Shown piece by piece: positions 50,690 through 61,324 of a stretch of DNA of 64,000 bases. The notes under the pieces are model-generated. The model was not told where the DNA came from and did no database searches. It saw nothing but the letters and a program-made list of their open reading frames with translations. The position numbers and the translations under genes are program-made. The DNA is from Azolla caroliniana (taxonomy: Eukaryota > Plantae > Polypodiophyta), in NCBI GenBank assembly GCA_043228905.1, contig JBHGNT010000005.1, positions 16,616,001 through 16,680,000 of the forward strand, in the 5' to 3' direction. How positions within the stretch are numbered: the first letter of the stretch is position 1; the number at the start of each line of letters is the position of its first letter.

Positions 50690-51886
50690 ATGACCATTTG
50701 GAATCTGAAGGTGGATGTACGTTGATATTAGATTCAGTTCAAAATTAGCCTGCATCTTTTGGAAGGTTTATGTTCTGTTTGGAAAATGTAAATGCTGTAA
50801 ACAGGAAGACACAATTTCATTTTTATTTGATTGAACATGTAAGAAAACATGCTCATACGGCAAAGAACAGCTATTAAAAAGACATCTCATTCTTGGCCCT
50901 TCAGCCAGTTAAAGATTTTCATTCAGACACCTTCCGTTGAAGGGGTTTATTAATTCTCCGAATTTATAAGACATATAAAAGGAAATAAACCTCTAAGAAT
51001 AATTGAGTTTTTACAATTTGTACATAGCTTGTAGTTTAGAAGAAATATTCCATAACAGTGTGGTAGAAATACCAGCGCTTTTGGTGATGGATCCCTGCAG
51101 CATTGTGGCTAGAATCTCACATCAGATCTACAACAAAATGGATCCCATATCCACTTATAATGAAGTTCATCTTTATTCTTGAACTGTTGGAAACCCAACT
51201 GGCACTCAGAGTGTGATCCATCACGAGCATCTACAATAGATGATCAGAAAAAGGAAAAACCATTGGTTAATCATTCCTTATGGAAAAAAATAGCTTAAAA
51301 TGAAACATCTGGCTCGTAAATGTGGATAGCCCATTTTAAGATCAATGGTAGTTACTCTTAACAAGAAGAAAGAAGACACCACACCAGCTTATGAACAATT
51401 CAATCTGCACAAGCATTTGGGAGGAAATAATTTGAAAGAACTTGTCTATACCTTGGTGTAGGTTTATTATTCAGCTTTGTTGAACGTATTTCAGGTACTC
51501 AAAGCTCTTACTAGTTTTGTCTTCCCATTTATTTTCCAGCGCCAATAGTCTTATGCATTAGTTTCAAGCTCAGGGCTCTCTTCTAGAATGACCTCTGGCT
51601 CTCTTCTTGAATGGCCTGTATGTATGCCATTCTTTTTGTAAGCATCATTGAAGCAAAAAACAAAGGATGTTTGCTAGGCAGAAGCAAATGTTGATATCGC
51701 TGAAAAGAAGCAATACCTAGAGGTATTTGTATGCACCTTTATAAGGTGGAAGTTTGTAACATTGACCTGCTGCCCTTATTCCTCCTGTTATAGACCAGAA
51801 GAACCATTGGTCTAGATTTCAATGCTCAAAGCATGGTCATTGTAGTGTATGTTTTTTTATGTTAGTAGTCGTGATCTCTGGCTTAC

Positions 51887-54800
51887 ATTGACATGTATTC
51901 TCCCTGAAACCATATGAAAATCTGTCCTCTGGGAGTTTTTGACTGGGCTGGAGTGGCTGTTACTGCTTTCAGGATTGCTTGCTGCAGAGGAACCAACGCA
52001 CGCTTTGGAAAGACCTTGATCTCTATGTTTGAGCTTTACTGAAATGGATTCAGATGCAGGCCAACTGTCTTCAGAATCTAGAACATTGACATTGCGACTA
52101 GCCATATTGTATGCTTTCTTGTTGGATCTGGCCTCCACACTATTTCCTTGTACAGACATCGGAGAAGGCTGCGAATTTGCTCCAGCTTTTGGTGTGGTAA
52201 ATTTTCTAGTGGATGAATTAGTACCAAAAGCTTCATTCTTGTTTATTGCCACCCTGTTTCGATCATCATTCTTTTCGGAAAGCTTAATACTCCTTCCATC
52301 CGAGTGCTTGTTTTCAACAATTGGAAGGTGCTTCTTTTGACTTAATTGAACTCTTGAAAGTGGACTTTTTTTTCTAATTCTGAATGCTTCCGTCTTGGGT
52401 AGGTGATGGTGGTGTTCACTATCACCACCACCGCCACCTCTTGATGGGGACACATGTCTCTTTCCAGGATAGGATTTTGCAGAATTTGCTAGCATCCGGA
52501 AGACTTTGACAAGTTCTGCCCCAATAATTTTACACTTTTTCTCTGCCATTGTCGCACATTTCAAAGCTGTTTCTACATTTCCATTGATATGCTGAACTTT
52601 TGTGTCAAGTATACTGCAATCAAATATATCCGATGTTTAAATAAGCAGACATTAATCGACTCACATAATGCAACAACCTTTAACATAAGACTGACTTCTT
52701 TAAAACCAGATCTCTGAGTTTTATTATGTAAGAAAAATTGCATGAGCAATTTGCTGGTTTATGGTTTGTTTCACCTCACCACGTGATCCTTTTCTTTCTA
52801 TAAGACAAACTAATACAATTTCAAAGTTATTATAGTTATCAAGCAATGTTTTCACAACCTACCGAAGATTTGTATAAGTGGCTGATGCAACGTGCTCGAT
52901 ACGGCTCTCAACTATAATTATCCTTGTGTCAACAGACATTCCAACCCCCTTTTCCCTTGTATCCAAGTTAGTTAAACTCCTGTTTGCTTCTAGTGGCGAC
53001 CATCTGCCTTCATCTGAATTTATTTTTGTTGACATATGTTTGTAGTAGCTTACAAAGGGATCTTTATCAACTAATTCGGATAATCTTTTCTCAATGTTCA
53101 CATCATGCGTGCTTGATGTTTCGAGCATTCCTAGTCTAGTCTCAACTTCATTCAAAACCCTTGCAGCTGTATCATACTTCGGAACCCATTCTGCAACAGA
53201 TTTCTCTAATCCTTCCATCTTATCCAAAAATTCATCAAGCTTACTAGATAAATCTAGTTGTGATCCTTCCAAGCTCAGAACCTTTTTATACATATCATCA
53301 CATCTGATCAAACAAATGACAAATATGATAAGAAAAATGATATGCTGGAAAATTTTGGTAGTTATGAGTGAATACAGAAAATGATTTTGAAGAGGTATTG
53401 TCAAGATATATGCTATATTTCTGATCCAACTGTTGCTATATTTCTTCTAATGCTTTATGAAAATTTGGAATAATGGTTTAAAAGCCTAATAAAGGTTCCT
53501 ATGTTAACTCATAGTAGGATTGCTCAATGAGGTGCTCTTAAGTATCACAGTAACTGCTTCCAGAGAAATTTATAGATCTAGTATGTTGAGTTGATGGATA
53601 TGTGATATGTGCTCATATAAGGCCTTGTTTAGGACTCAATATAAGGCTAGAGATAGTAGGACAAGCCTTCATATTGGTTCCTAATCAAGGTTATGTTTGT
53701 GAACTTAACAATATGGACATCTATCTGCATATCTTTGAGATTCATAAATTGTAGGCTCATGCTAGATGCAATTCTTTCTCAAATGTTAAGTGAATGAATG
53801 ATGTTCTGAATGGCACAGTTAACATAATGATGCCATGGCCATGAAAACTAGAAAACGAAGCATAATCAAAGAGAAGACAATGAATCTCATTTTATGTGCT
53901 GAGAATGATATACCGATGGTTTGTGGAGGCATTTTTCCATTTTGTTTGAGTTAACTCGGAGAGAACTTCATCAGAAAGCCTTAAAGTCTTCTGTCTCAGT
54001 TCAGTCATGTCATGGAGAACATATTTAGCTTTCATGGAAAAACTAGATATTTCCTCTGAGAGGAGTCTGATTGAATCTGTTTCCTTCTCTGCTTTCGACT
54101 GAGTAATGTGAAGTCTTTCTAATTCATTTTCAAACTCTTGCACAACTTTGTTTATCTTCTTCTTTGCTGTAGTCGCAGCTCCAAGAACAGATTCTTTCTC
54201 TCTATGGATATGCTCACACATTTTCATCACCTCAAGCTGTACAGAGGATGTGTCTTTGTCAATGTTGAGACCATCCTGCAATTTCCCACTTTTTTTCTTA
54301 ATGTTAACTTCAAGCTTATCCTCCAAAGATTGTGTGAATATATGGCCCTGCTGAAGCTCAAGAATTCTGGTTTGTAAGCTTTGAGGGGAAGTTGTCTGCA
54401 TGGACTCTTCTCTTTTCTGTTTAGAAACTTGAACATGCCTTTCAAGTTCATTAAACCTAGCTTGCACCTGTGATTTGAGATCTTGGATTTGGGTTCTTAC
54501 TTCATCTAGCCCGCCTAAGTAAAGCTGAGATAAGCTCTCTACCCTCTCCATGATCAATGTTCCTTGTCTTGTTGTGAGTTCACTGTTTAAGAAGCTTCTT
54601 CGCCCTTTCTCAACATCATCCTTGAATTTTTTCAATGCCTCCAGATCAGAGAAGCCTTGCTTAAATGATTTCTCTAGGGTTTGCACCACATGCTTCAGCT
54701 CTGAGTCCCTATTCCACATGCTTCTGCCTTTCTTAACATCAGCAATGAATTCTTTCAATGATTCTACATCATATTCACCTTGCTTGCATGACTTTTGCAA

Positions 54801-57800
54801 GTCCCCTACCCTGTTCTTCAAGTCATTTTCAGTATTAAAATGCGCCTCTTTCCATAGTTGGTCTAAATCACCTATCCTGTCTTTCAACTCTTTTTCAATC
54901 TTCACGATGTTCAATCTATTTTTTTCTATATCAGAATGACTGTCTTTCCATGACTTTTCCAAGCTCTTTGTCACTTTCTTCACATCCATGTATTCTTTAT
55001 AAAGCAATTTCTCAAAGCTTTGCATTCCTCCAATTTGATCCTTGCATTGCATAACACCTTCTGTGTTGATCTTATCAATTGCCAATCTTATCTCACTCAT
55101 TTGAGCCTCGGTTTCTTTCTTCAGACCATCAAGAATGCATCTGGAGTTCATTCCATCTTTTCTTATGGTTTCCAACTCTTCTTTGAAAGCCTTATCATCT
55201 TTACACCTCATACTCTCTTTATCTAATTTGGATTTAACTTCTTCAACCAAATTCATCATCGTTTCCATGTGACCTAGTGTTTTGGCTCTCACTGCTTCAC
55301 CTTCTCTGTGGAGAGCAGAGAGTTCACTCTGCATTTCACTGATAACCTTCTCCTTTCCTGCACAAGCAGTCTCCATGAGAAGTGAGAATTGCTTCTCGAG
55401 TTTTCCCTCCAGCATTAGGTTTAGCTCTGCTGCTGCTCTCTCACAAATATTTTCCTTAGCCATCTTTTCTTTTAAATCCAGCTCAATGTCTTTCTTCAAA
55501 TTCCCTACATCAATCTTGATGCTTTCTTCAAATTTCTTCATAGATTCTGCCACAGCTTCATCAACTTGCTGCTTTATCTTGGTCTGTAGATTGTTCGAAA
55601 ACCATGAATCAATGTGTCCCTGAGAAGAGACATCATGACCACAACACAATAAGCTAAAATTTTATCTACAGGCTTTGGGTGAGCTTTTAGCTAAGAATTA
55701 CATGCATGAAAAATGCAGTTTCTCTTGTTCGGAAGAAACAAACATAAGCCTCTGAATTAAAGTTACTACAAGAAAGAAAAGCAAGTCAATAATAACCTAG
55801 AGATACTTACTTCAATAAGAAAATTTGTGGAACCAACAGTTGATTTGAATTCATCTGCAAACAAGAAAGGACATGAATTTCGTTAGTATTCCATGCTCAA
55901 TCAACATAAAAAGATAAATGAACTCTTCATCAAACAAGCCAACCTAAGAAGCTGTATTGTATCTAGTACATCAACAGCTGTATTAAATATAATCAGACAT
56001 GCCATATATGAATATGTAGTTCACCAATATACAACAAACAGCTATTTTGATCATCAAACAAGCTATCTATAGCTATTATAGCATCATCAAAATATATAAT
56101 CAATCAGCTGTATTGTATCATGAGTGGTAAATCTCAAGGAAAAGATGTATCACCATCAGCATTACGAGAATTGAACATTGGTCTTGAAAAGTTGTCATAA
56201 TCAGGCAGCTGATGGTTGAGAGTAGAATCATAGTCAAAAACAGGATTGCAAAATGTCATTTCTTTTGAATTAGAACCGGCACCCATACTGCGATAAAACT
56301 CATGAGATAAGAATTTGAAAGGCTGGTGTTGGGAAGTGCTGATAAGAGATGAATCTGAAGCTGGGGGTGAATTTTTTCCTAATGAATCACTCAGGCTTCT
56401 AAAACTCTTATTATTATTATTGCATGGTTCACCTTTCGCACCACATGAAGCAGAGGAAGACACAGAAGAATCTGACATGGCATCTTGTGAGAATGAATTT
56501 CTAGATATAGTGAATCCTTGTTTCCTGCATGGCTTTTCAACATTTTCATCAACATCACCATCATTGTGATGTCGTGTGTATCTATCAATATCCTTGTCTA
56601 TGAAATCCTTCACTTGAAGCTTCCCTAATTGATCATGTTCCGATTCGAAACTCGAGAATGTAGTATTCATACCTTCTGCTTCTCCGGCTTCAGATCGTAT
56701 TTGGTCATTGGGGGGATTACTAGTACTACTCCGCTCAGGATGATCGTCAAGCTCAACATTTTTTGCTAAGTTCCAATTACCCTCGTTAAACTTCACCTTT
56801 TTCTTTAACTTCAAATCATATCTAAGCTTTTCTGCTTGAATTTCTTTGCCTAGCTGCAACCTTGCTTTCGAAGAGCTTTCTGATGCCCTTACCTCATCAT
56901 AGTCACTACCTTCAAGATGTTGAAGAGGTAATCCATTCTGTGATTCATTTTGGCATGAAGTTGGATAATACTGATGCATTCTTTTGGCACGATCACCGTT
57001 ATCATCATTGCCATTGTCATCATTAGTAAACAATTCCCTTCTTGAGCCACGTGTGACTGCACAAGACGAAACATATCGTTGAGTAGCTCTATCTCCTTTG
57101 AGCATCTCTTCAATGATATCCTTTGATGGAACCTCGGGTGGAAAGCTGTATGAGCTCGTTTTCAAGGCAAGCCTCCTCTCCACATTCATAATCTCTTGAT
57201 ATAAACTTTCACCACCCTCACTATCATGCAAACTTGACTCGAGGCATTCTAGGGTTTTTTCCATATTCGCAGACAGCTTTAGAGAGTCTTTTATGTCCAC
57301 TTTCTTTAACTTTTTTACACCCTTTGCAGTGTATAAATTGTTTTCTTCATTAGAATAGAAGAGTTCCTGGAATCTATTTTGCAAAGCATTAACAGCTTCT
57401 TCTTCTTCTTCTTCTTGTCGATTGGCATTGTTATTAATTGACTGTAACGAGGGAGATGATCTCCTCTGAACATGTACCTGTGGAAATGGAGATACCCTTG
57501 TGTTACCAATCTTTGGGTGGCTTAATGAATAATGAGTATCTCTTCCTTCGTCCATTGAGAAGATGCCCTGCTCTTCCTCAAGAGAAACATGATTGTCTTC
57601 TGAATTGGTCTTCAATCCACAAGTAGCAGCTGCTATCCAACTTGCACAATCATCATCAGAAGATGAAGCAGGGATTTGTAGGCTAGAAGCAAAGCCTCGT
57701 TCAAGTTCAACCTGGGACTTCAACCGCCTTATCGAACCATCTGGTAGCACCATGGATTTGAACCCATTGTCTCCCGAAAAACATGCTTCCACTTCAGTTT

Positions 57801-58899
57801 TCTCTTTTAATTTTGTTTTCTCTCTCTCTTTCTCTGTTTGTTTTGAGGGTCCAGGCGGTAACAAGGGAAAGTTAAGATCATCATCATCATCATTATAGTC
57901 ATCCGTGACTTGCTTTCGAAGGGGCATTAGTGGCCAAAGGTTCAAGGCCACTGAATCACCACTTAAGGAATCATGAGGACATCGATTGGATTCATCATCC
58001 ACAATGTACAATACCTTTCCCCTCAAGTGATCACCACCTGACATTTCTGTGGCTATTTCATTCTCCATTTCAGCAGCCGATGATAGAGGATATCCACATG
58101 CTCGTGATGAGAAGTTCTTTTTATGTGTGATCTTGTCAATATACTTGTTCGATGTGGCCTCATTCAATGACATGGACCTCTTGAAATTCCTAAAGCTAGT
58201 TGATTGGTCGGAATTAGTTGATGTTTCGCTTGGGGTGGTACCTGCGGGCGAGCAAGAGCAAGACCGAGGTCGAGTCATGTGGCTTCTCTTCTCGTTATGA
58301 TATAAAGGTGCTGTTTTCGTATCATATGCAGGTGGAGATCTAGACCTTGTTCTAGCAGTTCTAGGAGTGTGAGGAGATGATGCTGCATAGGAAGGAGGGT
58401 TTAATATATTATTATTCATCGAATGCGAATGCGAATGAGGTGGGCTTAGATTAATCTGCTTCTTTAATGGCTTAAGAAGCTCATTTGAGGATGTGAATGA
58501 TCTTTTTACATGAGACCCACGTATACTGCTGAATTGCAGAGGACGATGATTCGGAATCTCAGGCGAGGATGCGAATGATCTTTTCACATGATTAGTAGGC
58601 CCACCTCTAGTATGATGACATCTCCAGGATAAGGAAGGGTGTGTCCCTTGGATCTCGGAGACCCGTTTCTGCACGTCCTGAAGGTAGGATTCTAGCTCTA
58701 CAATGTCCCTTTCACCTCTGGATTTGGAGGTAGAGTAGAGGGGGTGCAGGGGCAACGTGTTGGAGACAAGGGCTTGGAAATCGCGAAGGTACTCGAGTTC
58801 CTCAGAGATGATCCGGGAGCTCCGGGCAGCAGCTGCTTTCTGCAGAGAAAAGCGAGCATTGGAGACGAGGGAGGGGAGGTCAGGGGGAAGAGTCCTCAT
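51887..58899 (-). CDS. Large (about 1900 aa) protein of unknown function: disordered N-half, long coiled-coil C-half; 3' end unresolved
   Basis: Phase-consistent GT-AG exons 58899-56154, 55854-55811, 55619-53914, 53303-52863 and 52613-51887 link the 921, 585, 181 and 235 aa ORFs. Further exon-like segments at 51784-51717, about 51616-51451 and from about 51231 contain stops. Confidence 0.8.
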
Positions 58900-58925
58900 G
58901 ATGAATCATCATCATCATAATCAGA

Positions 58926-58975
58926 GGGCTAGGGCTAGGGCTAGGGTTAGGGTTAGGGTTAGGGTTAGGGCTAGG
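58926..58975 (+). repeat. Telomere-like hexamer array (CTAGGG)3(TTAGGG)4 just upstream of the coiled-coil gene ATG
   Basis: Read directly from sequence. Confidence 0.9.
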
Positions 58976-59294
58976 TCATGAAGCATAGTGTCACTGTGGA
59001 GGATGGATGCAGCAGGGGGAGGAGAGGCAAGCGTCGTATGAAGGAATGGAGCTTCCATGGAGAGCTAAGCCGCGGCTGGGCTGTGCTGTGCTGATTAAAG
59101 ACGACAGGGGAGGGAGGATTAAGAACAGGGGAAGAGAGAGAGAGAGAGAGAGAAGGATGTCAGCTGGCAACGGTCTTTCAACGGTTGCTTTTCTTCTCCA
59201 TGGGAAAGGAAGACATGAATGAAGAAAAGGAAGAAGAAGAGGAAACCTTCTCTTTTTTTTGCCGCCATCAAGAAATTGTAATAGGAAATGGAGA

Positions 59295-59297
<3 letters not shown>

Positions 59298-59349
<52 letters not shown>
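59298..59349. repeat. (GA)n microsatellite
   Basis: Pure GA run. Confidence 0.95.
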
Positions 59350-59351
<2 letters not shown>

Positions 59352-59578
59352 CAGTTGGTAAAAGGTCACCCAGTGGAGAGACCGCGAGGTCTTGGGTTCA
59401 ACCCCTCGCTACCTTCCACACTAGCACCTAGTGAATTAAGAGATATGTATGACGTGTATATCATAGAGAGGGCGAGAAAATCGGGTCTCGATTCGAGAAC
59501 CCAGGACGTAGACGCTTGTAGTTCGTAACAACTTACGAATAGGGTAAGCTAATTACGATAAAAAGAAAGAAAGAGAGA
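59347..59578 (+). mobile_element. Putative tRNA-derived SINE
   Basis: A-box AGCTCAGTTGG (59348) and B-box GGTTCAACCC (59395) at tRNA-like spacing; no complete cloverleaf; A/AAAG-rich tail 59559-59577. Confidence 0.6.
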
Positions 59579-60684
59579 TTGTAATTAAAAATGGGCCATG
59601 CATTTGCAGTGTTAGCTTGGATGGACGGCCTTTGAGGAACGACCTCAAATGTTGTCTCAATGGCCTGCCACATGCATGTTTCACGGAGGATGACACCATG
59701 GTTTCGGCCTCACAAGCTCACATATCTTCATGCCCGCATCTACCTACACACACAATCGTCCCTCGCGTCCTTGAATCCGTCTCTCACCTTTGCTAGGAGG
59801 CGATCAGATGTTTTAGGCGCCCTTTCTTCCTAATCTTCCTCTTAACTTTTGCTTAATGTTAATTACGATTCTAACAACCATATTGACAGGTATATATTGC
59901 TCGACTGATGAGATTTCATAGGTTCATTTGCCCTGATATTGGTGGAGTCAACAGGCGAATGTCTACGACCGTACATTTAGCGAATGGCATCATGTAGGTT
60001 CATTTTTGCATTAGCAAAGTTACAATGTGCGTGTCTCACGCGATACATTGATTGGCATATCATGTTGATGCGACTACATACATTCTGCACAAAATTTTTT
60101 CTTGGTAATGCAAAATTAGCGATCCTACTCTAGTTAACCCAACTATCCAACATATGTTCGTAACTCTACTACCCTCAATTGATTAAAATTAGCTATAGAA
60201 TGGTACTTAGGTTATGCCTATAATATACTCAAGCTTATTCACTTATATTCCCAGCTATCCTACACTTAACTCATTAAAACTAGTTATAGAATGTTCCTTA
60301 GTTTACGCCTATAATATACTCTAAAACCTATTTCACTTGACATTGCAAACATTTGATTACATAACAATTTCAATATAAATAATGTACATCCAAGTTTTAA
60401 GTGCATGAATGACCATTAGAAGTTTTTTTCTTGAATTGAATACATAGAGACATTGAGTAGAATAAAATTTCCTACTCCCAAAAGCAATAGGTTCTTCGCT
60501 TTTGTAAAGAACGATGCCCATTGCTTACTCATTAGATGGGGTTATATAGTGTAATCGTATGGGCAACACAAACATGTTCCTTGAGTATGGATGTAAAGAA
60601 TTCTTGCAAATGATCATTCTAAGGAATTATTTTAGTAGATGTATGCTTTTGACATGTTAAATGATCAATAAATGATGTTACACT

Positions 60685-61324
60685 TGTTATCGATTAGGAA
60701 CACGGTCTACAATTAGTCCTTCGACCTAGACCTCAAAGTGACTGTGTTGCAACGAATGGTACCGTTGTACCGTAATACTTAATGGGATACATCTTGTATC
60801 CTAGTAGCATATAAGGGAGACGGCTACAATCGAACTCCTTAGACCGTGCACTAGTAACCACACTGTCACTCACACCTACGCTCTTACGATTACGCTACGC
60901 CACCAAGAAGCACAGACACACATTAGATTAACCACAGATACGCACAAGGATAAGAGAAGATAAAACTCTATTAAGATGCGCTTTCTGCATTCAAAATTAC
61001 ACGCTACCTCTATCAGAGGATTTCTGCCCTTTATATACACAAGGTCTTTTAGCCGTTCACGCTTCACGCGTAAACCGTTTACATGCGTTACGTTTTTACT
61101 ATATTCTATATTTCTGCGCTCCTGTCCGTCGATTACTATTCCGACGGACAACACCTGGCATGCCTGTGGGACAGTGCCATGGCACGTTGGACCCACCCCT
61201 TTAATCTTCCTCCAAAAAGGCCCTGATGTTTGGTTTTGCTCTAGTGTCCGGGTCCGGGGACACGTTGTTGTGTGGTTCCACTACTTGCTCGGTAAGGCTT
61301 CCCATGGTGTCGTTGGCTTCTTGT
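60685..61324 (-). mobile_element. Truncated LTR-like sequence abutting the duplication breakpoint
   Basis: Starts TGTTATCG on +; minus-strand TATATAAA near 61031; GC-richer U3-like part toward 61324. Confidence 0.45.

Noticed and set aside
54138-58300. Many + strand ORFs overlapping the coiled-coil gene (and their mirror copies at 61565-63993)
   Set aside because: Antisense shadows of long coding exons.
58926-58975. Interstitial telomere or chromosome fusion scar
   Set aside because: Only about 50 bp, mixed hexamers, not TTTAGGG, and adjacent to a start codon; better read as a telo-box-like microsatellite.
59348-59420. Possible tRNA gene
   Set aside because: A and B boxes are present but no acceptor or anticodon stem could be folded; treated as a SINE head.
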